From the IMG/VR virus record IMGVR_UViG_2831987924_000001: a stretch of DNA of 64,000 bases; one strand, 5' to 3'. A program made the position numbers and the translations under genes. The DNA comes from a virus. Lineage: Duplodnaviria; Caudoviricetes. Position 1 is the stretch's first letter. Every line of letters begins with the position of its first letter. Positions 1-9,444 of this stretch are shown here, piece by piece. The notes below the pieces were generated by a model, which saw only the letters and a list, made by a program, of their open reading frames with translations, searched no databases and was not told where the DNA came from.

Positions 1-1050
1 TCAAACGATCGTCTCGTACACGAGCGGCGGCGGAGTGACAGGTTTAGGCGAAAGCCGGATGGCTGAGGACAGCGTTTCCTCCACCTCGCGCACGTCCGGC
101 CGGTTGCTGTGGATCGTGGCCAACGTTTCTCCCTTTTGCACACGGTCACCGATTTTTTTATGAAGCACGACGCCAACAGCCAAGTCGATCGCGTCCTCTT
201 TTTTCGCCCGACCGGCGCCAAGCCGCATGGCGGCTGTGCCGACTTCATCGGCGGCAATCTCGGCGACATAGCCGTCTTCCTTGGCGGCAACCGGGAAGGT
301 GTACGCCGCTTTCGGCAAGTTGTCCGGGTTGTCGACCACCAACGGATCACCACCTTGCGCGGCTAAAAATGTTTTGAACGCTGCGATGGCAGAACCGTCG
401 CGGAGCGCCCGTTCAAGCAGGCGCCGCGCCTCCCCAAGTGTCGATGCCCGTTCCGCCAGGCATACCATATGGCTGCCGAGCGTCAAACAAAGTTCGGTCA
501 AATCGCGCGGCCCGTTTCCTTTCAGGGTGTCAATCGCCTCTTTCACTTCCAGGGCGTTGCCGACGGCATAACCGAGCGGCTGGCTCATATCAGAAATAAT
601 GGCCAACGTTCGGCGGCCGACGCGCTTGCCGATGTCGACCATCGCCTGGGCGAGCTGGCGCGCCCCGTCGAGTTCTTTCATAAACGCCCCCGCGCCCGTT
701 TTGACGTCGAGCACGATGGCATCAGCGCCAGCGGCGATTTTTTTGCTCATGATCGATGAGGCAATGAGCGGGATGCTGTTGACCGTCGCGGTCACATCGC
801 GGAGCGCGTACAGCTTTTTGTCAGCAGGCGTCAAATCGCTTGTTTGGCCGATAATGGCGATCTTGTTTTCGTTGACGAGCCGAATGAACTCCTCTTTGCT
901 TATTTCGACATGAAACCCGGGCACCGACTCAAGTTTGTCGATCGTGCCCCCTGTATGGCCAAGGCCGCGCCCGGACATTTTCGCTACCGGCACGCCGACG
1001 GCGGCGACGAGCGGGCCTAACACGAGTGTCGTCGTATCGCCGACGCCGCC
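1..1050 (-). pseudogene. pdp: 3' part (349 aa) of host pyrimidine-nucleoside phosphorylase, interrupted by the prophage
   Basis: Translation [17 protein letters not shown]...[19 protein letters not shown]...[24 protein letters not shown] matches PyNP/thymidine phosphorylase motifs. The N-terminal part ending in DKHST is missing. GC-rich, unlike the sequence after 1051. Confidence 0.95.
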
Positions 1051-2694
1051 AAAAGAAATAAAAGAAATTTTACCTCCCACATTTTTTTGCTCTTCTTTTG
1101 GAGACAAAGGAATCGAAAAATATAACTTAACGTCACCATCTTTATCAATTTCAATTTTTTCAATAATTTTATCAATCATTACTTTTTTCATATGATAAGG
1201 AACATAGTGTATATTTTTAGAAAAGTCTCGTATTTCTTCAATAATGGATTGAATAACATTATCTTGATCGGATTGCATATTTAACTGATTTTCTAATTCT
1301 TGTTTTGTTTTCTTTGCTTCATTCAATTTTTTTAATATTTCAGCCTGATCGCTTTGATAACTCTCTTTCAGTAATTCATAATTTTCATCATTTTCATCTA
1401 AATCAAGTAATAATCGTCTAATAGCAGCATAATCTTTATTTAAACGTTCAATTTTTTTATTCGTTTCTTCTAATGCAGTCTTTAGTTTTTGGTCAGATTC
1501 ATTTAAACTTTCTTGTATTTTTTGTATTTCACTATCTAAATTTACATTAGAAATATATTCAATAATTTTTTGTAAAATAAATTCTTCTAACAATTCTTTT
1601 TTGAATTGTTTTGATGGACACGGATCTTTCCCAATATGTGTTATCCCACTTTTCCCACCACATACATAATAGCTATATCTTTTTCTGTTTTGTGTAGAGT
1701 TCCTTCCGTAAAATTTATTTCCGCATTCACTACAATACAATAGTCCTGTTAATAAAAAAGAAGTAGTGTATCGTCTTGGTTCAGAAATTTCATTTTCTCT
1801 TCTCCTTTTTTCCCTTAAAATCTGTTCATGTCTTTCTGGTGTTCGACAAGGTTCATGATTTCCTTTTGCACGAATAATTAAAGAATCATCATCTACTGAA
1901 CGCTTATTGCCCGATGTACTGTATTCTATAACACCTGTGTAAAAAGGATTAAATAATATTGTGCTGATTACCTCTTTTGTCCAATATTCAGAAGAATTTT
2001 TATGCTGTTTTCTGCGATGCGCTCTCCCTTCTGGACGATATCCTAAGTTATTTACTTTTTCTCCATTTAACCATTTTGCAATAGAATATAACCCATAGCC
2101 TGCTAAATATAAATCTTCAATTTCTTCAATAATCTTTACTTCTTCTGGAACTAATACAATTTTTTTATCTTTTAATACATAACCATATGGAAGATTTCCA
2201 CCAGTGAATTCTCCTTTTTTTGCTTTATTTTTTAATGTGTCTGATACGCGAACAGAAATAGTAGCCGATTCAATTTCAGCAATAGAAGCTTTAATCGCTT
2301 CTAACATTTTTCCGTATGGATCATTCATCATGGCTTGCATTTCGCCTGTGGCTGAAAATATCAATTCACAATTAGCTTTTTTTAAAATATCCCATATTGC
2401 CATTGCATCTTCTAACTTTCTTGCTAAACGGTCACGTTTATAAACAATTAATTTATTAAATAATCCATTTTTAGCATCGTTTAAACATTCCATTAATACT
2501 TCACGGTTTTTTAGTTCTGTTTTACTTGCCGATACAGCAGGCTCAATATAGGTGCGATAATGAATGCCATTATTTTCTTTAATAATTTGCATCCCTAACG
2601 CTTCTTGCATTTCAATAGAGTCTCCATGTTCAGCTTGCCGTTCAGTTGATACACGAATATAAATAGCATAAATGTCTTGTTTTTTATTTGACAC
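1..2694 (-). CDS. Large serine recombinase (about 548 aa integrase) fused in frame to the Pdp C-terminus (897 aa ORF)
   Basis: N-terminal YIRVST catalytic Ser motif, DRLAR, recombinase domain (LPYGY, NPFYTG), zinc ribbon CSECG...YYVCG and coiled coil. No stop before the junction. Confidence 0.93.
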   Translation of the reverse strand: MSNKKQDIYAIYIRVSTERQAEHGDSIEMQEALGMQIIKENNGIHYRTYIEPAVSASKTELKNREVLMECLNDAKNGLFNKLIVYKRDRLARKLEDAMAIWDILKKANCELIFSATGEMQAMMNDPYGKMLEAIKASIAEIESATISVRVSDTLKNKAKKGEFTGGNLPYGYVLKDKKIVLVPEEVKIIEEIEDLYLAGYGLYSIAKWLNGEKVNNLGYRPEGRAHRRKQHKNSSEYWTKEVISTILFNPFYTGVIEYSTSGNKRSVDDDSLIIRAKGNHEPCRTPERHEQILREKRRRENEISEPRRYTTSFLLTGLLYCSECGNKFYGRNSTQNRKRYSYYVCGGKSGITHIGKDPCPSKQFKKELLEEFILQKIIEYISNVNLDSEIQKIQESLNESDQKLKTALEETNKKIERLNKDYAAIRRLLLDLDENDENYELLKESYQSDQAEILKKLNEAKKTKQELENQLNMQSDQDNVIQSIIEEIRDFSKNIHYVPYHMKKVMIDKIIEKIEIDKDGDVKLYFSIPLSPKEEQKNVGGKISFISFGGVGDTTTLVLGPLVAAVGVPVAKMSGRGLGHTGGTIDKLESVPGFHVEISKEEFIRLVNENKIAIIGQTSDLTPADKKLYALRDVTATVNSIPLIASSIMSKKIAAGADAIVLDVKTGAGAFMKELDGARQLAQAMVDIGKRVGRRTLAIISDMSQPLGYAVGNALEVKEAIDTLKGNGPRDLTELCLTLGSHMVCLAERASTLGEARRLLERALRDGSAIAAFKTFLAAQGGDPLVVDNPDNLPKAAYTFPVAAKEDGYVAEIAADEVGTAAMRLGAGRAKKEDAIDLAVGVVLHKKIGDRVQKGETLATIHSNRPDVREVEETLSSAIRLSPKPVTPPPLVYETIV
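1030..1080. other. Prophage attachment junction (hybrid att site), crossover near 1049-1051
   Basis: Abrupt switch from GC-rich pdp codons (cgacgccgcc) to AT-rich phage DNA (aaaagaaata) at 1050/1051, at the 3' end of a serine integrase. Confidence 0.88.
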
Positions 2695-2764
2695 ATTTCT
2701 CCCACCTTTTTATTATCTTTGTCGATAAATTTTATTATCTATGTAAATATTAGTCTAAAAAAAG

Positions 2765-2800
2765 AAGAATGACAAGATTATTTGTCATTCTTTGTTTTTT
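2765..2800. terminator. Probable intrinsic terminator upstream of the integrase
   Basis: agaatgacaa-gatta-tttgtcattct hairpin flanked by A and T runs. Confidence 0.5.
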
Positions 2801-2928
2801 TAGATTTTAAGTTATGTATAATCATTTGAGATAAGATATGTTTTAATTCTTGTATTTCTTGTAAATCGCAATAATTTTTTGTGTAGATGATAGAAATTTG
2901 ATTAGGCGTATTTTTTCTTCCCATGCAG

Positions 2929-3516
2929 TCACCCCTTTTTCTTTTTATATTCTTTACAATTTAATTTCTCATCAATCTCTTTCTGTATCCGTCCTTCTTT
3001 AGCTTTTTTAAGTATCGAACAATTGTTTTTATATCTCCTACACGTTCTACATCTTTCCTCGAACTGTCGCATTTGTTCTTCATTATCAAAAATCCCTCTA
3101 AATGGTACTTGACTAATGATTAATTCCACTCTTGGATTTTCACTGTCAATTAAGATTCTTTGTGTACGAGTTAGAACTCTCGAATCATTATCATAAACAA
3201 CCTTTTCTAAGCTATCATTCAATAATTTAAAGATATTATTGTCGTCACGCCCAGCACGGTTCATATATATGTAACAGTCTTGATATATGTAATTAGTTTT
3301 AGTCCACTCATAATCCCATTCTTGAGATTGTAATTGTTTAATAGTTTCTAATTGAATTTGTTCTTTAAGTTTTTTACCTTCTTCACTCATGATTCGTTTG
3401 CCAGTTGGTATCCATTTTTTTGTTTTTGGATCGTATACATATTGATTTATGTATAGTTTATTGATTGAAATGGGTAATGGTATAATGAGTTTTATTTTAA
3501 GAAGTTTTTCAGGCAA
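2929..3516 (-). CDS. RusA-like Holliday junction resolvase
   Basis: P.SIN motif and DDNNIFKLLNDSL...YDNDS acidic motif. Confidence 0.75.
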   Translation of the reverse strand: MPEKLLKIKLIIPLPISINKLYINQYVYDPKTKKWIPTGKRIMSEEGKKLKEQIQLETIKQLQSQEWDYEWTKTNYIYQDCYIYMNRAGRDDNNIFKLLNDSLEKVVYDNDSRVLTRTQRILIDSENPRVELIISQVPFRGIFDNEEQMRQFEERCRTCRRYKNNCSILKKAKEGRIQKEIDEKLNCKEYKKKKG

Positions 3517-3590
3517 CTTATCACAACCTTTATATTTTTATAATTTGTTTATAAGGAGCAGGAGAAGTAAGTCCTGCTCCTTCATATAAT

Positions 3591-4274
3591 TTAATCCCAG
3601 TTATAAATATTAATTTCTTTTAAATTGCTTATTAGTTCTTGGTGGTTATTAAGTGGATAAATTCCACGAATTATCTGTATCAGCAAAGTCAAAGTTGGTA
3701 AATGAAATTTCCCGATAATACTTTCTAAGAATTCCATTCTTTTATCTTTGTCAATATTTTCATATTGATAATAAAGATCTGCCAACGAGTAAATTCCCTG
3801 TCTTACCATATTATGTTTCAATCTTTCAAAGAATAAATCAATTTGTTGTTCGGATAAATGGCTATGTAAAATTAATTTTTCTTTTAATGATTTTAAAGCA
3901 TTTTCTTTTGCATCTTGTTTAAGTTTTTCTTCAAGTAGTTGTTTTTTCTTATTTAACAATTCAATTTCTCTGTTTAACAATTCTTGATATTCATTTGATC
4001 CAAAATCGCACTTTTGTTGCTTATCAATAACTTCCTTTAATTGAATATTTAATTTCTCTAATTTATTATCAACAGTTTTTTGCGACCAATGTTTTAATTC
4101 CATATTATTATTCTCCTTTATTTTTATAATTTCATTAATACTTCTCAACTTAACATTTGAGGGCTTAAGAAGTTCACGAAATTGTTCGATGTTTTTCTTA
4201 TTTAAAACTAATTCATTTTTTTCTAAAATAGCAAACTGTCCATCTTTTGACATCTGACCATAAAACATCTTCAT
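3591..4274 (-). CDS. Hypothetical coiled-coil protein
   Basis: 227 aa ORF in gene orientation; no recognised motif. Confidence 0.6.
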   Translation of the reverse strand: MKMFYGQMSKDGQFAILEKNELVLNKKNIEQFRELLKPSNVKLRSINEIIKIKENNNMELKHWSQKTVDNKLEKLNIQLKEVIDKQQKCDFGSNEYQELLNREIELLNKKKQLLEEKLKQDAKENALKSLKEKLILHSHLSEQQIDLFFERLKHNMVRQGIYSLADLYYQYENIDKDKRMEFLESIIGKFHLPTLTLLIQIIRGIYPLNNHQELISNLKEINIYNWD

Positions 4275-4538
4275 TTTTATTCACTCCAACCCAAAATACT
4301 CCTTAACTTCATCAACAAGGAAATGCCCAATGTTAATTTTAAGATCGCTTCCCTTATCGCTTTCACCTAAGAAGATTTTCATGTTGATTTCTTTTGGTAG
4401 CTGGTGTAATGCTTCATGAAATTGAATTAATTTTGTTTCCAATTCTTCATCATGTTCTAATTTTGCTTGCAATTTGATTGATGGTAGCTGTTTATTCATT
4501 TTTATCACCTCCTTTCAGTAATATTTTTATAATTATCT

Positions 4539-6233
4539 TTATATTGCTTGACTTATGTATTTTTCATGTGACCAATCTGGATGATTGACAAAGAATTTAT
4601 GTACTAATTGTTCATCTACATCTTGTTTGTCAATTAATTTGAAGTAGCCTAAAACATGTTCTAGGATTGTTTCGATGTTATTATATTCCCAATCTGGAAT
4701 TCGAATAAGAGGAATATTATTTTTTATACAATACTGGTTTTTAATAATATCTCTTTCGATATTAATTTTTAATTGTTCTACACCTCCCCAGTAATCTATT
4801 GCCTTAAAATGTTGAAGACCGTCATATTCGATTATTAATTGATTATCACGTATAACAAAGTCAAAATACAATTTATTTTTATAAACACATCCCTCTAAAT
4901 TGTGATTTATTTTATAGCCAATATTTTTATGATTAAGCCATGTTTTAATTTTTTGTACACCTTTAGAATTATGAACATCAGAACAATATTTACATCTATT
5001 TCCTTTTCTAAAATCATTCCAAGTCATTTCAAAAGAGTGATTATTTGGACATGTAAAAGTTATCGGTGTTTTATTGTTTATGTAATTTGAAGTATCAACT
5101 TTAAATCCTGCTTCATTTACAAATTTATTAATCTTTTCCATCATATATTTTCTTATTTTTTCAATTCTTAAATTATGTTCAATTTCTCTACATTTTTTAC
5201 ATCTTACTCCCTGTAAAAAATGACTAAATTTTATAATACTTACATGATTGTTTTGACATTTTAACTCAAATTTAATATTTGAATTAATTTTTTTATTTTT
5301 AGTAATAATTGGGCGAATTACAGAATATCCTAGTTTTTCAATATAACTTTTCATTGAATCAATATCCCAACAGTGTATTTTCTTTAATACATCTTTATAA
5401 TCTAATCCACAAGATTCAATAGCATTTTTCCACGAACCAAAAATATTACAAGCTGCATTATATAAACTTCCATAAAATTTTTGGATGTAATTGGAATTTA
5501 GGTTTTTATTATTTTTATATTGTATAATTATAAATTTCTTTATTTTTTCTTCGGTGTAATAACCATTTGGTTTACATTTTATTATTTTTGAATAATCGAA
5601 ACCACAATGTTCAACTGCATTTTTCCATGTGATAAAATGTTTTCTTGCTATGTTATATAATCCACTGTAATTTCGACTGACAAATGAATCGCTTAAATCA
5701 TTATGCAAGTAATAAATCCTTTTAATTTCGTTTACTATATCATTTTTATTTTCCCATGTTTTTCGTATTTTTATGAAATTTTTTCCTGATTCTTTAATTG
5801 CATTTTCAACACTACCAAATTCTCTTATACAAGCATTAAAAAGACTGCGATTTAAGTTGTAAATATCATTCGAACAAATACTGTCTCTATTTTTAAATGA
5901 AATTTTTATTTGATTTATTATATTTTCTTTACACCATTTTGTTTCCTTTTTAACTAAATTATTTCTATAGCATTCTGAACATACATCTTTTTTCATTTTA
6001 TAATAAGATTGATAAGTTGTCTCTATCACGTTTCCACAATTGTCACATTGATATTTTATTTTTTGATGGCTATTAACTGGTAAATCATGTGTATTCACTT
6101 TTATTGTAGCACTTGTATCAAATACTAATTTCCCTTTTTTGTTCATAATTTTCGGTATTTGATAACCTTTATTAAGATAATATTGTATATGTTTACTATT
6201 TACTTTTACTTCAACTTCTTTAGTTAATAACAT
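4539..6233 (-). CDS. Free-standing homing-endonuclease-like protein (internal repeats, zinc ribbons, C-terminal Vsr/DUF559-like nuclease)
   Basis: Three FGSW.NAIE.CG-type repeats, C...H/C..C ribbons, C-terminal YFDFVI...IIEYDGLQHF...D..KN.YC....IPLIRI. Confidence 0.7.
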   Translation of the reverse strand: MLLTKEVEVKVNSKHIQYYLNKGYQIPKIMNKKGKLVFDTSATIKVNTHDLPVNSHQKIKYQCDNCGNVIETTYQSYYKMKKDVCSECYRNNLVKKETKWCKENIINQIKISFKNRDSICSNDIYNLNRSLFNACIREFGSVENAIKESGKNFIKIRKTWENKNDIVNEIKRIYYLHNDLSDSFVSRNYSGLYNIARKHFITWKNAVEHCGFDYSKIIKCKPNGYYTEEKIKKFIIIQYKNNKNLNSNYIQKFYGSLYNAACNIFGSWKNAIESCGLDYKDVLKKIHCWDIDSMKSYIEKLGYSVIRPIITKNKKINSNIKFELKCQNNHVSIIKFSHFLQGVRCKKCREIEHNLRIEKIRKYMMEKINKFVNEAGFKVDTSNYINNKTPITFTCPNNHSFEMTWNDFRKGNRCKYCSDVHNSKGVQKIKTWLNHKNIGYKINHNLEGCVYKNKLYFDFVIRDNQLIIEYDGLQHFKAIDYWGGVEQLKINIERDIIKNQYCIKNNIPLIRIPDWEYNNIETILEHVLGYFKLIDKQDVDEQLVHKFFVNHPDWSHEKYISQAI

Positions 6234-6326
6234 CTTTTTCCCCTCTTTTCATCAGGAGGCGTTGCAACGCATTTATATAGCCGGCTATCTCCGTTTTATT
6301 ATATTTTGATAAAGTTGACCTTTTAT

Positions 6327-7151
6327 TTAATTTTTTATGTATAAACTTTCTTTAACATATTCTTGCGCTTTATGTAATTTCTTAAATCCACTTATACCAC
6401 TATATAAATATATATGTTTATCATAGATGTCTTTTGGTACATCGTATGTATTATCATCATTACCACTAATACCATCAAAACTTAATAAATAACCACATTT
6501 TAAACTCCGTATCCAATCCCAAAATTCATCATAATTCAATTTTCCATAATACATCGGATCAGTATTTGCATATGGTGGATCTAAATACATAAAATCATTT
6601 TTATTCGGTGAAACATTTTTATAATCTTGAATAATAAACTGCACATCATATTCATTTAATTTTTTTGACCAATATACTACAATCTTTTCTAATCTCTTTG
6701 GATCTATTCCTTTTCGACTAAAGTGAAATGGCGAATTAAATTCACCTTTTGAATTATAACGAATTAATCCATTTACACATGTTCTAGTTAAGAAATAAAA
6801 ATCAAATATATCTTTTGTATTATTATATTTCTCTCTAACCTTATAATAATATTTTTTCTTTCTGTTTAAATCATCATCTTTATTTAATTCCAACCATCTG
6901 ACAGTATAATTTTCTAACAATGTAGATGGTGATTGTTTAATGATATTCCACAATTTAATTAATTCTTCATTGATATCACTACAAACATACTTCTTTACTC
7001 TTACATCGCTATGTAGCAATTGAAACAATACACTTGCGCCACCAACAAAAGGATCATAATATGTATCGATTTCTTTTGGGAAATAAGATACAATTTGTTC
7101 TGCTTGACTTCGTTTACTACCTGACCATTTAATAACAGGTTGAAATATCAT
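6327..7151 (-). CDS. Dam-family (D12 class) N6-adenine DNA methyltransferase
   Basis: KWSGSK, DPFVGGASV, YLDPPY motifs. Confidence 0.92.
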   Translation of the reverse strand: MIFQPVIKWSGSKRSQAEQIVSYFPKEIDTYYDPFVGGASVLFQLLHSDVRVKKYVCSDINEELIKLWNIIKQSPSTLLENYTVRWLELNKDDDLNRKKKYYYKVREKYNNTKDIFDFYFLTRTCVNGLIRYNSKGEFNSPFHFSRKGIDPKRLEKIVVYWSKKLNEYDVQFIIQDYKNVSPNKNDFMYLDPPYANTDPMYYGKLNYDEFWDWIRSLKCGYLLSFDGISGNDDNTYDVPKDIYDKHIYLYSGISGFKKLHKAQEYVKESLYIKN

Positions 7152-7199
7152 TTCATCACTCCTTTTATATTTCTAATAAAGTGTAGATTTTAAAGAAAA

Positions 7200-7778
7200 T
7201 TAATATTTATATTCAACCACTTCATCATTTTTTGTATTAAGAATATAAAACGGCGGCTCTACTCCAATTGCAAATTTAGATGCTGCCTGTAAAGCTAACC
7301 TAATTCTTTTATATGGACTTAAATTTGTATTTTCTGTGGTCATCAAAGAACCTAATGCAAATGCTTCTCCATTACCACAAGCCATGTAATTGTCAATGGA
7401 TTCACTAACCTGATAATCTGATTCAATTTTAAATAATTTATCTTTATAACCTAATAAGAATGTACCGCCTTCCTTTTCACCTGAATGATCTTTTGAAAAT
7501 CCACCATTTTCAAATAATTCGATTACTTTTGGAATAAATTTCTTTACTATATACTCATGATTAATAGGTTTATCTTTTGGATTAATTAATCCTGTTGCAT
7601 ACATGAGCAATTGCCCCATTCTATATGATGTAGTAAAACCGATAACTGCGCTTGGAGTATCTTTTAATTTGAACACTTTCTTATCTTTTCTTACTGTTTT
7701 CATGTAGCTATTGGAAGCTAAAGAATCTGCGCCTATGTATGTGACACCGTTATGTACTAATCCTACAATACAAGTCAT
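7200..7778 (-). CDS. HslV/proteasome-beta-like Ntn hydrolase
   Basis: Starts M-T-C-I-V-G...GADS (N-terminal Thr nucleophile), K.F motif, ACGNG.AFALG. Confidence 0.7.
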   Translation of the reverse strand: MTCIVGLVHNGVTYIGADSLASNSYMKTVRKDKKVFKLKDTPSAVIGFTTSYRMGQLLMYATGLINPKDKPINHEYIVKKFIPKVIELFENGGFSKDHSGEKEGGTFLLGYKDKLFKIESDYQVSESIDNYMACGNGEAFALGSLMTTENTNLSPYKRIRLALQAASKFAIGVEPPFYILNTKNDEVVEYKY

Positions 7779-8101
7779 TCAATCATCCTTTCTCTATAAA
7801 ACTTCTCTTTTATATTATTATATTTTACTTATTTTCTTTTAAATCCTCAATTCGATATGTAATCACTTCACCGTTCATGTTTTCATATGTATCAAAATCG
7901 CTTGGGAACACCACATTGCCCACTTTAAAGTCATAATAACTTTCCTCATCTCTAAAAACAAACGACGAAGCACGATAATTGTGATCGCCTAAATATTGTT
8001 TCATCATTGTCACCTCCTTTGTTGGTACAAGGTTAAATTAACCTTGTACCTTTATTATATTTTTATATTTTATTTAAGTCAATATAATTTTTATAATTTA
8101 T

Positions 8102-8605
8102 TTAACTTTTTTCATAGATTCTAAAATAATGGTCATATGGGTTGTTTTCATCTGCTGGATTGTATTGTTCTGATACCACTTTCCACTCATTTGTGATTTC
8201 AGGAAAATATGAATCAGCCTTTTCAAATTCATGGTCAATCAATGTAATGTAGAGGCGGTCTGCGTAAGGCATGAATTGATTATATATGGTTTGACCGCCA
8301 ATGATCCATAAATTAGGTTTACATTCACCATAGTTTTTGTATTGTTTTAATACATCTTCAACAGAGTGATATACAAATACACCTCTACAATGAAAATCTT
8401 TGTCTTTAGTTAACACTATATTGATGCGTTGTGGTAAAGGTTTTCCAATTGATTGAAATGTCTTACGTCCCATTACAACAATGTTGTGATCGCCTGATGT
8501 GGTGATTTGTTTAAAATATCTTAGGTCATTAGGTAAATGACAGAGTAGCTTATTTTGATAACCAAGTTGATTGGTACGTGAAATTGCTGCGACTAGTGAA
8601 ATCAT
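8102..8605 (-). CDS. dfrA: Dihydrofolate reductase
   Basis: LPNDLRYFK, VVMGRKTF.SI.KPLP.R.N, IIGG, AD.YFP. Confidence 0.96.
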   Translation of the reverse strand: MISLVAAISRTNQLGYQNKLLCHLPNDLRYFKQITTSGDHNIVVMGRKTFQSIGKPLPQRINIVLTKDKDFHCRGVFVYHSVEDVLKQYKNYGECKPNLWIIGGQTIYNQFMPYADRLYITLIDHEFEKADSYFPEITNEWKVVSEQYNPADENNPYDHYFRIYEKS

Positions 8606-9418
8606 TTACACTGCCACCTCAAATCTTTCAACTTGCGGATGGTGTTTATAATTAATTAATTCAAAATCATCTACAGTAAAGTCAAAAAAGTTCTTTTTAT
8701 CTGGATTAATAACTAATTTAGGTGCTTCATACCCTTCTCTAGATAATAATTCATAAGCCTGTTTTTGATGTTTATTGTAAATATGACAATCTTGAATGAA
8801 ATGAGTTAAAATACCGACCTCCAAATTACAATGAATTGCTATCATATGCATTAAAATAGCATATTGTACTAAATTCCAGTTATTGGCAACTAAAAAGTCG
8901 TTTGATCTTTGAATTAATGTCATATGTAATTTACCATTTTTAACACTAAAATGAGTAGCATAAGCACATTCAATTAGGTTCTTTTCAGGCATATCTTTCA
9001 CATCAAACATATTCATCATGATTCTTCGAGAAGTAGGATTAGTTTTAATTGTCTCTAATACATAATGTACTTGTGAAGGATAACCTAGCATAGGTTTTCT
9101 AATTTGATAAGCATACGCTTTCCCGATAAATCCTTGTTCATCAGCCCAAGAATTCCATATCTTACTGTTTAAGTCTTTAATATTGTTTGATTGTCTTTGA
9201 TAAATCCACAAAATTTCGTCAATCGCTGCTTTAAAATTGATTGGTCTAAGTGTTAAAATAGGAAATTCTTTAGATAAATCATATTTATTTACAACTTGTA
9301 AAATACGTTTTGTCATAACAGGCGAGCCATCAGCCCATCTTGCACGATTATCAACTTCCCATTCTTGTTCAAGAATTTCTTTTAAATTTTGTTTAAAGAC
9401 TTTATCTGCATAACTCAT
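8606..9418 (-). CDS. thyA: Thymidylate synthase
   Basis: PTSRR, catalytic Cys region IECAY, QRSNDF, HIY..H. Confidence 0.95.
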   Translation of the reverse strand: MSYADKVFKQNLKEILEQEWEVDNRARWADGSPVMTKRILQVVNKYDLSKEFPILTLRPINFKAAIDEILWIYQRQSNNIKDLNSKIWNSWADEQGFIGKAYAYQIRKPMLGYPSQVHYVLETIKTNPTSRRIMMNMFDVKDMPEKNLIECAYATHFSVKNGKLHMTLIQRSNDFLVANNWNLVQYAILMHMIAIHCNLEVGILTHFIQDCHIYNKHQKQAYELLSREGYEAPKLVINPDKKNFFDFTVDDFELINYKHHPQVERFEVAV

Positions 9419-9444
9419 ATAATTACACTCCTTTTATAATTCAT

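Noticed and set aside
109..1195. Plus-strand ORFs over pdp and other short antisense ORFs across the window
   Set aside because: They are shadows of well-supported minus-strand genes, with no RBS or motifs.
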